A DNA stretch of 64,000 bases from Octopus sinensis. Taxonomy: Eukaryota. Positions within the stretch are counted from its first letter, which is position 1; each line of letters begins with the position of its first letter. The stretch spans positions 24,428,001 to 24,492,000 of the forward strand of contig NC_043012.1 in NCBI RefSeq assembly GCF_006345805.1, written 5' to 3'. The position numbers were made by a program, and so were the translations under genes. The notes below the pieces were generated by a model. The model was not told the origin of the DNA. It made no database searches and saw only the letters and a list, made by a program, of their open reading frames with translations. Below are positions 14,127-26,630 of this stretch, piece after piece.

Positions 14127-14255
14127 CTACCTTGGATATCTTTGTTGCTTATTTTGATTATAACCACCCCATTTGATTTATATGGAAAATACCATACTAA
14201 ATTCTGTTGTCTTTAACTTAAGTATCATATTTATCTGAATCTAAATCTAAATATA

Positions 14256-14316
<61 letters not shown>

Positions 14317-14409
14317 AAAGTCAAATGCGAAATATATATATATATGTTCATGACTATCACCAGGGCCAAATGGTTTTGTTTTTTTTCATGGAAAACAAGA
14401 AGCGAACAA

Positions 14410-14608
14410 CATTGCTTGTAGAATGGGGATGCTTGTTTACCAAGGGCACATGCACACACATATATACGACAGGCTTCTTCCAGTTTTCATCTGCCAAATC
14501 CTCCCACCAGGTTTTTGTTGGCCCAAGGCCAAGGTGCTCTGCACTGGGACTGACCCCAAAACCATGTACTTGGGAAGTAAATCTCTTACCACACAACCAC
14601 ACCCATAT
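14410..14608 (-). mobile_element. tRNA-derived SINE family 1, decayed
   Basis: Reverse complement of the head/core (cttaccacacaaccacaccc, gactgacccc, gacaggcttctt). Confidence 0.75.
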
Positions 14609-15084
14609 TCTCCTCCACCCCCCTCACTCTCTGTCTATCTCCTGATAGCTGTTTAACCATTTTATTCCTGATACGCATCAAGGTATTATAGCAATATACA
14701 TGTGTTGTTAGAATCTCCATAGAAAACAAGTGTTTTCATTTCCCGCTAACCCACGTACCTGTCCATCTACCTGTCATCTACCTGTCCATCTACCTTTCAT
14801 ATTCTAATTTCAATTTTATCATTACACTGATACTTGTATATATATTGTTATTACTGCTCTGTTGAGTAATGGCCAAACAAGTCTTGTCTCTTAAGTATGT
14901 AGTAGATAGTGCAGAATTCATCCAACTCTTCTTATAATGGATTATACACACATGTACATATGTATGTATTTATGTGTGTGGATAATCAGCTATAAAAAGC
15001 AATATAGCTGTCTAGAGCCATTAATTTCCTTACTTTTTTTCTTGTTTCTTATTTTCTTTTAGCTCTTTTGTCATGTCCATAGAT

Positions 15085-15167
15085 ATTATTATTATCATTA
15101 TTATTATTATCATTATTATTATTATTATTATTATTATCATTATTATTATTTTTATTATTATTTTTAT

Positions 15168-15224
<57 letters not shown>

Positions 15225-15250
15225 CATTATTATTATCATCATCATCATCA

Positions 15251-15300
<50 letters not shown>

Positions 15301-15352
15301 GCTATTGTGATTGTTATTAGTAATTTTATTATTATTATTATTATTATTATTA

Positions 15353-15400
<48 letters not shown>
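15085..15400. repeat. (ATT/ATC)n microsatellite
   Basis: Directly visible; source of poly-Ile ORFs. Confidence 0.95.
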
Positions 15401-15401
<1 letters not shown>

Positions 15402-16784
15402 TCAAATAAATTTTTATCATTTTTTTCGCTTGTTCCATAATTAAGTGAAAGAAAAAAAAAAAGGCCCAACATTTAAAAAAAAATTACATAAAAAATAAAA
15501 GAATGCATGGTTTTGTATATGATGATGGTGATGGTTAAGAAGGAAGGAAAGATAATGAATGTTGTGAAGGCAGAATACATAGATAAAGCATTGTGGAGAT
15601 GATGATGATGATGATGATGGCAGTGGTGGTGATGCTGGTGATGGTGGTGATGTGTGTGTGTGGTTGTAACCATTAGTGAAATGGTGACTGCAGTAGTAGT
15701 GATGACAGTTAGGCGTGTGTGTGTGGAGTCATTTAAACTCACAAATGGTAAAAGCTGCTGTCATTTTTGAGCTACTCAGAGTTTTGAGTAAACAAAAAAA
15801 AAAAAAATGTACCCCAACATCCTCTCCACCCCTTCACACCCCTCCTACACACCCACACTTCCTGGAATGCTTTTAGCCAATAATTTAACACTCCTAATGA
15901 ATAACAACACTCACCACTTTTCTCCTACAGTAGCCACTCCCCAACCCCGCCCTACACACACACATACACACCTCAGAAAGCACTCAATAGAATGGCAGAG
16001 GAGGAGGAGGAGGAGAGGAGGCGAGGTAACTGGTGGTAGTGGTGGTGGTGGTGATGGTGGTGAGATGGAGGACAAGAGGACACGATTGGAGTGGCAGCAG
16101 TTTTTCTGCTCCCTTTGCTTTAAAGGATCAGTTATTTATTAGATTACGTACACTCCCCGTCCTGCCTGCCGCCGCCACCGCCACGCCCGCCACCTTTCCT
16201 CATCTTTCTTTCTCTTCTTTGGTCCTTTGATGTCTTGTTTGTTGCCTAGGTGAAAGTGTGGTGGGTGGGGGTACTGGAGGAGGAGTTGTAAAGAGGAGGG
16301 GGGAATTTTGAAGAAGTATTTGAATTTGGTGATGTGGATGTGGAGGCATTAATTTTTATATATTTTCGATTCTCCCCCACTCCACCCCCATCTCAGACCC
16401 CACCACCACATTACTATCAGCTGTTCAAAAAAAACAAAAAAAAAAGAAACAAGAAAAACTGAGTTAGGGTGTGGCTCAACTAGCAAAATAAAACCGATTA
16501 TACTAATTATACTAAATATATTGTATTTTAAGTGGATTATCATTAAAACTTATATATGCAAATATAGATATCCTTCAAATTAGCTTAGTCATCAGAATTT
16601 TTTTATAATTTATTTTAAAATATTCGTTGAGCAAAAGACAAATTTTTACCCTTTCCTTTTATTATTTTTATTATTTGCAATGATGGGAGGCGAATTTATA
16701 TTTTTTTGTTATTGAAATAAATTTGTTATATTTTTCTTACTACTTTGGAAGACATCTATTTTAATCAGTGATAATGTCATTTAC

Positions 16785-16980
16785 CAATTAGTGCTGCCAA
16801 AATTAGTGGAACCTAAATTTTTTATTTGTCAAGTATTACTAACGTGATATTCTGAGTTCAAATTCCGGCAAGGTTATCTCTGGCTTTCATCATTTTAGGG
16901 TTGATAAAATAAGTACTAATTAAACACTGGGGTCATTATAGTCAGCCAGGATTCTCCCCCAAAATTTCAGACCTTGTTCC

Positions 16981-17018
<38 letters not shown>

Positions 17019-17225
17019 GTGGTGGTGAGCTGGCAGAATTATCAGCATACCAAACAATGCTTTGTTGCATTTCAGCCCTCTTTATATTCTGAGTTCAAAT
17101 TCTGCTGAGGTCAATTTTGCCTTTCGTCCTTTTGGGGGTTGATGAAATAAGTACCAGTTATGCACTGGGGTCAATGTAATTGACTTACCTCCTCTCCTGA
17201 TATAGCTGGCCTTTGCCAAAATTTG
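16785..17225 (+). mobile_element. Two tandem tRNA-derived SINE family 2 copies separated by (ATT)n
   Basis: Both contain gagttcaaattc..gcctttc(a/g)tc..gttgat(a/g)aaataagtac..cactgggg. Confidence 0.8.
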
Positions 17226-17344
17226 AAACCATCATCATCATCATCAAAAAGGCTTTCCAATCCCTAAAATGATCACAGTAAGTGGTTTCCCCCTATATTT
17301 TTAATATTCCCAAATATTTCTAATGCAAAATGTTTCCGTAATTT

Positions 17345-17590
17345 GGGGTTTCACTTGCAAGCTGCCTGGCAACTTCAGTGGCACTGGTGGCACCACGAAA
17401 AAGCCCCCAGCACCCTGTATAATGTTATGTGGTCAGCATTAGGGGTGGGGTAACCAACTGTAGAAACCACGCCAAAGCAGACAATTGGAGCACAATGCAG
17501 TTCTTGGGGCCTATCAGATCCTGTCAAACTGTCCAACCCGTGCCAGCGCCAGCATGGAACACGGATTGCAAATGATGATGATGATGATGG
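17345..17590 (+). mobile_element. SINE-like family 3
   Basis: aaaaagccc, tgtagaaacc, ccaacccgtgccagc, (GAT)n tail. Confidence 0.7.
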
Positions 17591-17848
17591 TGATCTCTGC
17601 TAGAATTTGCATAGTGAATTCTATTTAGGTTTGTTGATGGATGGGTTGTGGTTGCCATGGCAAAAAATGGTTTAGATCCTACAAAAAAGAAAGAAAAAAA
17701 GAAAAAAGTAAATAGACAAAAAAGAAGAAAACTAAGTGATGAATGTTAGAATAGTTTTGAAGAGAATAAAACTTCATTCCCTTGTAGAATAAATGATTTT
17801 CTTACCTGGAGGTTTACCTTTGCTCTCATTACAACATTTGGACATAAT

Positions 17849-18066
17849 CTCTTTACTCTTTTTTACTTGTTTCAGTCATTTGACTGCAGCCATGCTGGAG
17901 CACCGCCTTTAGTCGAGCAAATTGACCCCGGGACTTATTCTTTGTAAGCCCAGTACTTATTCTATCAGTCTCTTTTGCCGGACCACTAAGTGACGGGGAC
18001 GTAAACACACCAGCATCGGTTGTCAAGCAATGCTAGGGGGACACACACAGACACACAGACACACAG

Positions 18067-18099
<33 letters not shown>

Positions 18100-18270
18100 C
18101 ATATATACGACAGACTTCTTTCAGTTTCCGTCTACCAAATCCACTCACAAGGCATTGGTCGGCCCGGGGCTATAGCAGAAGACACTTGCCCAAGATGCCA
18201 CGCAGTGGGACTGAACCCAGAACCATGTGGTTGGTTAGCAAGCTACTTACCACACAGCCACTCCTGCGCA
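17849..18270 (-). mobile_element. Full-length young tRNA-derived SINE family 1
   Basis: A-box-like tggctgtgtgg and B-box-like ggttcagtccc, internal (GT)n, AAAAGAGT tail; near-identical reverse complement of 34615-35020. Confidence 0.9.
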
Positions 18271-18748
18271 TTATTTTTTTTTGTTTTGTTTTTTTTTCCA
18301 CTGATTTGAAATTGTGTTATATAAACTTGAAAATAGTTTTATCACTGTAATAGAAGGGAATTGAATAAATGTAATAAAATAACGAAATTAGTGAATTTGA
18401 AGGTAAAAAAGAAATAAGGCAATTGAAAGTAACAATGATGATAATGATGATGATGATGATGATAATAATAATAATAATAATGTCTGAATTAGGTGCATTT
18501 TATTATTTCTAAAGGTCAACAAATTGATAGCTGTTCTCATTGAAAGCAGGAGTTTTAGTGTGAAAAGCTTAATATTTTCATATTAATCCTTTCTTTCATT
18601 CTCTCTTTTTCTCTCTCTCTCCCCTCTTCTCTCTCTCCCCTCTTCTCTCTCCTCCCATATACACATGATTAACAGCCCTGCCAGAAAATATAGTTAAAAT
18701 TTGGAGTGAATATGGTGGTAACATAGGTTTTATCTGAAAGTGTGTGTT

Positions 18749-18797
<49 letters not shown>

Positions 18798-18840
18798 ATT
18801 TACACACACAGATACAAATATGTATATAACAAATAAAATC

Positions 18841-18886
<46 letters not shown>

Positions 18887-18991
18887 TACATATATACATA
18901 CATACATGTGTATGTATGTGTGTATTTATGTTAATATCTGGGCATCATTTCATTTGTTTTGCTCAGAAGCCATGAGAACCACTGCCTGGGC

Positions 18992-19051
<60 letters not shown>

Positions 19052-19554
19052 GCAACATCTTGGAAAGTAGAAAAAATGGTTAATTAGCATATATAATTGT
19101 GTGTGTGTGTGTGTATCAGTGTGTCTATAACTATGTATATATGTCTATATATGCATGAGTGATTGCCTGTGTATATGTCTATATATGTTTTTATGACTAT
19201 CTGTATATATATGTCTATATATGTATAGATATATGCTTGAGTGATTATATGTATGTGTATATATATATATGTGTGTGTGCGTGTGTGAGTATATGTAAAT
19301 ATATTAACTTTAGAGGGAGAGGATGATAGAAGGAATTAGTGTTAGTTACATTAATTATAGTTTTAAACTGCAATGTAGAGGTGAGGATAATGATAGACAT
19401 TAAAATTTTTTTATTTGTATTTTTTGGCCTATTATGTAATTATGCATTATACCTGTTTGGCCTTGAGGCTTGCGGACTCTTTAACCAAGGTTAGAATTAT
19501 TTCATTTGTGACAAAAAAAGGAAAGAAAGAGAAATGAAATTAATAATAATGGGT

Positions 19555-19760
19555 TCAAAGTTTACACAAAGCCAGTAATTTTAGGGGACATAGGTTTGTT
19601 GGTTCTAATGACCCCCAGTACCTGACTGGTACTTTATTTTATTGACTTTGAAAGGATGAAAGGTAAAGTCAACCTTGGGGGAATTTGAAATCAGAATGCA
19701 AAGTGTCAGGAATGAGTTAAGTATTTGGTCCAAATCCACACTGGCTCTACCAACTTGCTG
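19555..19760 (-). mobile_element. SINE family 2
   Basis: ggatgaaaggtaaagtcaacc..gaatttgaaatcag is the reverse complement of the family core. Confidence 0.75.
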
Positions 19761-19770
19761 CCTTACAGAC

Positions 19771-19999
19771 AAACCCTTCAGCATTCAGACTGCCCCATCA
19801 AATGTAATGCTTATTTATCCACATTGTTTTAAGTTAATCACACATTACCTCCTAGCTTTGAGATTTCAATAATGTGCTTGTTTATTTTTTTCAAATGACA
19901 TTGTAGGGTAGGTGTGAAAGGTAAGATTTGACTGCTTTGAATATAAAACAGATAGAATATTTTAGCCAGATAGGGCCAGTTTAAATGATGAAGGATTAA
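19771..19999. mobile_element. MITE with piggyBac-like (TTAA-CCCT) termini, decayed
   Basis: Left aacccttcagcatt; right aatgatgaaggattaa (imperfect ~14-bp TIR, TTAA at the right end). Confidence 0.55.
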
Positions 20000-21615
20000 A
20001 GTAAAAATGAAATGTATATTCTATCAATGCTAAGAAAGGACATGTTTGCAGGACAGTTTGTGTGTCAGTGATACTCTCTCTCTAATTAATTCCTAAAAAA
20101 AGAAAAAGAAAGAAAGAAAGAAAGAAATAAAGTTAGTTTGGCATTTAACTGAAATGGTGCTGAGCAGAGTCAATAATGAGGAAAGACTAGTTTCATTCTG
20201 TCCAAATTGTTAATGGCAATTGTATAAAAAAACAACAACAAATTATAGACATTTTGGTTTGGCAGAAAATAAAGAATCCCTCTTTTATGCAGATTTCTTT
20301 TATTGAAGCTGATTGACAGGTTGAACCCCAACATGATCAACCATAAAGGTACTCTCCTTGTAAAGCGTGTGTGTGTGTGTGTGTTCTTGCCTTGACATCG
20401 CATGATGGATGTAAGCAAGTGCCGCCCATTATAGAGGCAGTGTCTTTCATTTCCAATCTTTGTCACAGAAAATCTGCCTCAATAAAAAGTCTGTCTGACC
20501 CATGCAAGCATGGAAAAGTGGTCGTTAAATGCATTAAATGACGATGTTCCCATACACACAAGAACGCGTGCATGTATGTGTTCATCCTGTAACCTACTTT
20601 CTGATCTAAATTAATATTTTCATTTCCATCTCTCCACCATTGCTGTCTGTAAGGTGTTCCAACAACTAATGAAGGCTGCCAGTCTTCATCACCACCACCA
20701 CCATCATCATCATCATTCAAGTAAATGGTAGTTGCCACCACCAGACAAGTTGTAAGATTAAATTGCTATGTTGCTTGACCTGTCCAGTGTGTCTGTTATT
20801 TAAGTTTTATTTTCTATTAGGTTATAAGGTTTCACTTGTTTAGTTTTAACTATGTTCACTGGAGATAATTAAGAGGCCTCAGTTATCTTTCTATAATTTT
20901 AAAATGATCATATTGTCATCGTAGTAGCAAGAGTTGTTGTTGTTGTTGTTGTTGCTTAGTCCCTGGTCAGTTCTTATTGAGTCGGGTCAGTGATGTGAGA
21001 CATTCCAACTATGACTATCTTGTATTTTTTTCCTGTGGCTAGAGACCTCCAACATCACATTAAGGCTCTAGGGTGCGATTTGAGGTAGATTTTGTTGTTA
21101 TTTCTAATAAGTCATGTAATCATGTAGAGACTCTTTCATTGACTAGTGGTGGTGGTGGTGGTCGTGGTTTCATCTTCAATCATAAATGGCGATAGTGGAG
21201 AAATACCACAGGGTTTTTGCAGACTCGGGACATTCATGGTGTAGTGTCGATGACTTTGTCTTTCATCCATACAGGACTCGTCGGGCTGTTGAGAGAATTA
21301 AATAACACAAGTAGGAACACCACATGTAAAAGGGTTCAAATTAGTTCAGATCATTAATTAGACTGATTGGTTACTGTTAATTCTGAGTGGAAATTAATTG
21401 AAGTGAAGGAACTGCTGCTGCTGCTGCTTGTTGAGGTCATCTTCATTTGTCTCTGATTTATTGTTATTTAATTGTTTCAGCTCGGTCAAAGATGCTCGTT
21501 GTAAATAAACGAATACACAAATGACATAATCAGTTCGTAAATGGCTGCTCATCATTTCAGGCTCTGTAAATCTCTGGCTTTCCTTGTCTCTAATATTAAA
21601 AGTTTAAAATATATT

Positions 21616-21676
21616 GACTAACACTTCACTTTGTCTCCTTTTACTAATGAACCACACTTCCCGTTTCCTGTTCAGG
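21616..21676 (+). other. Candidate 3' splice site
   Basis: gactaac/tactaat branch-like motifs, pyrimidine tract, then ttcag|G; downstream sequence runs into a SINE relic. Confidence 0.25.
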
Positions 21677-22133
21677 TGTACTTCCCCCCCCCCCTAGTTT
21701 CCTGATGATGAAACATGACTCTCCACCCATGCCCCTTACTGATGAGATATTGGAGACGAGCTCATACCATGAATGCTTGAAAAAATTTGAGTCACAAATC
21801 TGCATCTGTATTCAATTACAGTCATTGTAGTTTCCTTAAGCAAGGCACTTAACTCTCAGTTATTTCCTTCCAGTTCACCTGGCTGCATAATTAGAAGAGG
21901 TTTGACAAGAGGCAATGGATTTGTTACATACCATCCAACCCAAAACCACCTCTGTTTGTCAGATGGAAAAACCCCCATTAGTTTTTAAATGTCCCAGTTT
22001 AAATTAAAATCTTCTGTATTAAAATTTTATGTTTCTACCTTACATTCTAAACTCCAAATTGACAATGACATTGTTAGTAAGTTTTCTAAGTAAATTCAAA
22101 TTTTTGACTATTTTCAAATTTGATTTAAACACA

Positions 22134-22560
22134 TAGGTGCAGCCCATGGCTGTGTGGTTAAGAAGCTCACTTCCCCAACCATATAGTTTCAAGTTCAGTC
22201 CCACTGCTTGGCACCTTCGATGTATGTTTGACATGATTTATCCTTGGGTTGACCAATGCTTTATTTCATAAAGATAAGTTCTCGGTTCCCAGTTTTGATT
22301 ACTGGTATTCTAATAGATTATTGAAGTAAAACAAATGATAAAAGTGCAAAGTCAACTCTGGCAACAATAATGATAATAAAAACAGAGTTAATAATATATG
22401 TATAATATTAAGTAACTTAGCAGTTTGGCAAAAAAGACTGATAGAATAATTACCAGATGCTTTATGAGTGAGTTGATCAATGAAAATTGTGCAGAAGCCT
22501 GTTGTGCATGCATGCATGCGAGCATGTGTGTGTGTGTGTGTGTGTGTCTATGTTTGTGTT
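22134..22560 (+). mobile_element. SINE family 1 interrupted by a 193-bp insertion
   Basis: Head 22134-22263 resumes at 22457 (atgctttatgagtgagttg..cagaagcc). Confidence 0.8.
22264..22456 (+). repeat. Locally templated copy of 27631-27840 flanked by 8-bp duplication ATGCTTTA
   Basis: Matches 27631-27840 apart from a few substitutions and a shorter AAT tract; atgcttta at 22256-22263 and 22457-22464. Confidence 0.85.
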
Positions 22561-22593
22561 GACATGACATTACTTGCAGAAATGATAAAAAGA

Positions 22594-22855
22594 TTGTGCC
22601 ATATCTACAGGCATCAATGATAATAAGCCTCTGTACCCTCCTGTTCCACACACAACTTAGCATGATATTGGGCCAGTCTTTCTCAAACCAGCTAGGAAGG
22701 CCATCAATTACCTTCTCTCTTTGTCTTCCATGGCTTTTTTTTCTGTTAGTGTCCCCATAGTAACCCAAGTGCTCAAGTGTTTTCCTTTTCCTTTGATGCC
22801 AATGAAGTGAGCCAGTTGTCTCCTTATGTTAATTTTTGGGTGTCTTTGCTCATCT
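22594..22855 (-). mobile_element. RTE-like LINE ORF2 3' fragment (decayed), copy 1
   Basis: RRQLAHF..LEHLGYYGDTNRKKSHGRQREKVIDGL..IIDACRYGT resembles the RTE-clade C-terminus RQL-x-FFGH..LEHLVTTGKIEGKRSRGRQREKMLDGL (recalled motif). Confidence 0.7.
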
Positions 22856-23856
22856 AAAAACCAGATTTAGAAGTAAGTACTAGAGTTGATAGGATTAACT
22901 GAAACTCTTTAAGGCAGTGCCCCAGCATGGCCACAGTCTGATGATTGAAAGAAGAAAAAGTGTAAAAGAGTGGAAGATTTTTACTAGAAATATAGTCATG
23001 TAAGGGAGTGGTTCCCACTCCTTTTTTAGCACCCCAGACCAGTTTCATGCAGGACACTTTTTCCACAGACCAGGGTATCATAATATGTATGAGAAAACAA
23101 TAAAATGCACAAATATATCATTAATTGTTACATATATGATACCTGTACATTACATATATAATGTGTACATAATACATATATATAAATATATATACATTTT
23201 ACATATATAATAGATATGTATTATATATATAGTACATATATTATGCAAAAACATCCTGCAGACTGTGCTAGTCAATAGAATAGAAATTAAATAAAAAAAT
23301 TTATTCTTTTTGTGTGGCTTGGGACCAAATGCTTCACGGCCTGGTACTTCTGTGGTTTCATTGTTGGAGACCCCTAATGTAAGGGTTTTTGGAAACCAAA
23401 TACTAGTAGAATCACTGTGGTTGTTGTGAAATAACTAACTCAACTATAGCAGCTGTATTTGTCTGTTGTCAAATCATGGGAACAAAGTTTGTATGTGCTA
23501 CACTGCAGCTAATTTCTGATACTGGCGGAAGGTTAAGAAAAGTCTTTGAGAGGAGTGATTCTGTTAACTGCACTACATGCCTGAAGCCTGTCTTACCATT
23601 CCTTGGGGAGCAACTAGCAAAGTTGGTTCTGTCAGGATTTGAAATCCAGAACATAGTATGACAAGCAAAATCTTCTAAGACATTTTAGTTTGACAATCCC
23701 ACCATTTTTGCTGCTCCAGTTGTAATTGTGATCAACTGACATTCTACACTTCTCCAGCCATTTTACTATTTCTGGATCTATATGTGTGTGTGTGTGGTGT
23801 GTGTGTGTGTCTATGTTTGTGTTGACATGACATTACTTGCAGAAATGATAAAAAGA

Positions 23857-24118
23857 TTGTGCCATATCTACAGGCATCAATGATAATAAGCCTCTGTACC
23901 CTCCTGTTCCACACACAACTTAGCATGATATTGGGCCAGTCTTTCTCAAACCAGCTAGGAAGGCCATCAATTACCTTCTCTCTTTGTCTTCCATGGCTTT
24001 TTTTTCTGTTAGTGTCCCCATAGTAACCCAAGTGCTCAAGTGTTTTCCTTTTCCTTTGATGCCAATGAAGTGAGCCAGTTGTCTCCTTATGTTAATTTTT
24101 GGGTGTCTTTGCTCATCT
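23857..24118 (-). mobile_element. RTE-like LINE ORF2 3' fragment, copy 2 (from the tandem duplication)
   Basis: Essentially identical to copy 1. Confidence 0.7.
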
Positions 24119-25041
24119 AAAAACCAGATTTAGAAGTAAGTACTAGAGTTGATAGGACTAACTGAAACTCTTTAAGGCAGTGCCCCAGCATGGCCACAGT
24201 CTGATGATTGAAAGAAGAAAAAGTGTAAAAGAGTGGAAGATTTTTACTAGAAATATAGTCATGTAAGGGAGTGGTTCCCACTCCTTTTTTAGCACCCCAG
24301 ACCAGTTTCATGCAGGACACTTTTTCCACAGACCAGGGTATCATAATATGTATGAGAAAACAATAAAATGCACAAATATATCATTTAATTGTTACATATA
24401 TGATACCTGTACATTACATATATAATGTGTACATAATACATATATATAAATATATATACATTTTACATATATAATAGATATGTATTATATATATAGTACA
24501 TATATTATGCAAAAACATCCTGCAGACTGTGCTAGTCAATAGAATAGAAATTAAATAAAAAAATTATTCTTTTTGTGTGGCTTGGGACCAAATGCTTCAC
24601 GGCCTGGTACTTCTGTGGTTTCATTGTTGGAGACCCCTAATGTAAGGGTTTTTGGAAACCAAATACTAGTAGAATCACTGTGGTTGTTGTGAAATAACTA
24701 ACTCAACTATAGCAGCTGTATTTGTCTGTTGTCAAATCATGGGAACAAAGTTTGTATGTGCTACACTGCAGCTAATTTCTGATACTGGCGGAAGGTTAAG
24801 AAAAGTCTTTGAGAGGAGTGATTCTGTTAACTGCACTACATGCCTGAAGCCTGTCTTACCATTCCTTGGGGAGCAACTAGCAAAGTTGGTTCTGTCAGGA
24901 TTTGAAATCCAGAACATAGTATGACAAGCAAAATCTTCTAAGACATTTTAGTTTGACAATCCCACCATTTTTGCTGCTCCAGTTGTAATTGTGATCAACT
25001 GACATTCTACACTTCTCCAGCCATTTTACTATTTCTGGATC

Positions 25042-25084
<43 letters not shown>

Positions 25085-25863
25085 AAATGTTCTTATGCCC
25101 AGTATTATCATGTCACTATTTTATTATTATTATTAGAGTTTCTAAAAGATCTTGAGTGAAATAATTTTTTGTGAAAAGTTAAAGAATCTGACATTTCAAA
25201 ATTTAACCCATCTTTTTTGAGGCTGAATATATAGTTGTCACCATGGTCACTCCTCATGCTCTTCTAAACATGAAATTAAATTTATCCTGTTTTATACAAA
25301 CACATTTTTCCATGTTTATCCAGTAAAAGGATTATCCTTCTGTTGCATTACACTATATAGTTTCACTGTGATCAGTTCCTTTAAGAATTTTGTAGAACGG
25401 AAACATCTCATAGATTGGAATTTAAATCCTAATCTCTTTAGAAATTTATTGTTTCAAGAAAACATTGAATTTGAATTACTTTTAATTTTTACGATTACAA
25501 ATATGGCAGTGCCCCAGCATGGCCACAGCTCAAGAGCTGAAACTGGAAAACATAAAACATAAAACAACTCGGGCTGTAACTTCTGAGTCCGAGTCAGGTG
25601 CATGTGGCTGATGTGAAGAGAACATATGCTGGGAATGATATTTTTTGATGCAGGGCACCTCTAAGATGACCACCAGACACTAAACTACAACCGGGCTCAA
25701 TCAAAGGAGCCCAAGTTATTGGCTGCAATTCCATACTTGAAGTCAGTGTTGGCAGAAATTAAATCAGCTTGCAAACACATGTTCACTTTACCAAATTTAT
25801 ACTCGGGCTAAGCCCTAACAGCCCAAGTGCCAGAGTCACCACTAATATATGTATATATATATA

Positions 25864-26307
25864 CCAGTGTTGCATAACCAGTCCACTCAAAAGAACCTTG
25901 GATCGTAGAGCGGCATGCCATACTTGAAGAGACCTATTGAGTCAAGTACATCAAAACCAAAATCAAATGGAAATTTTACATGCTTGTGGCACGTAAAAAG
26001 CACCATCCAAATGTGGCCGATGCCAGCACCGCCTTGACTGGTTTCCATGCCGGTGGTATATAAAAAGCACTAACTGATTGTGATCATTGCCAGCCCCCCT
26101 CTGTCCCCTGTGCTGGTGACACATAAAAAGTACCCACTACACTCTCGGAGTGGTTGGCATTAGGAAGGGCATCCAGCTGTAGAAACACTGCCAGATTAGA
26201 CTGGAGCCTGGTGCAGCCTCCTGGTTTCCCAGATCCCAGTCAAACCATCCAACCCATGCCAGCATGGAAAATGGATGTTAAACAATGATGATGATGATGA
26301 TGATGAT
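25864..26307 (+). mobile_element. Long family 3 element with extended 5' part and three internal ~60-bp subunits
   Basis: gcacgtaaaaagcacc-like motif at ~25989, ~26059 and ~26119; (GAT)n tail. Confidence 0.8.
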
Positions 26308-26599
26308 ACATGTATATGTGTGTCTTATTGTCTCCTTATCTTGCCATTGGATAATAGTTGTGAGCGAGTGTCACCAGCAGTGTCCCAGCAGTGTCCTTCA
26401 TTTCCAGTCTTCTGTGGAAACATGTCTGGTCATGGGGGAGATATTATCTCATTTGGAAACAGGTGAGGGCTGAAGGACAGGAAGTGCATCTTGGCTGTCG
26501 GAAATCTGTGTCAACAAATTCTGTCCAACCTGTGCCAACATGTAAAAGTAAACATTACATTGACATAATAATGACGGTGGTACATATGATGAAGATGAC

Positions 26600-26630
<31 letters not shown>

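Larger units (their letters stand above)
13781..14158. mobile_element. Foldback (inverted-repeat) element, probably Penelope-like pseudo-LTR pair
   Basis: Outer arms 13781-13909 / 14030-14158 (2 mismatches seen); perfect 35-bp inner arms 13948-13982 / 13997-14031; 14-nt loop; 38-nt unpaired segment in the left arm. Confidence 0.8.
22524..25082. repeat. 1263-bp direct tandem duplication anchored in (GT)n
   Basis: Duplicate ORFs offset by exactly 1263 (22854/24117, 23469/24732); only about 3 differences seen. Confidence 0.95.

Noticed and set aside
16125-16150. Short strings recalling 18S rRNA (atcagttat, atttattagat)
   Set aside because: Too short and not collinear; chance in AT-rich DNA.
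21225-21290. tRNA-like start (ggtgtagtg)
   Set aside because: No B box or cloverleaf; at most a decayed SINE head.
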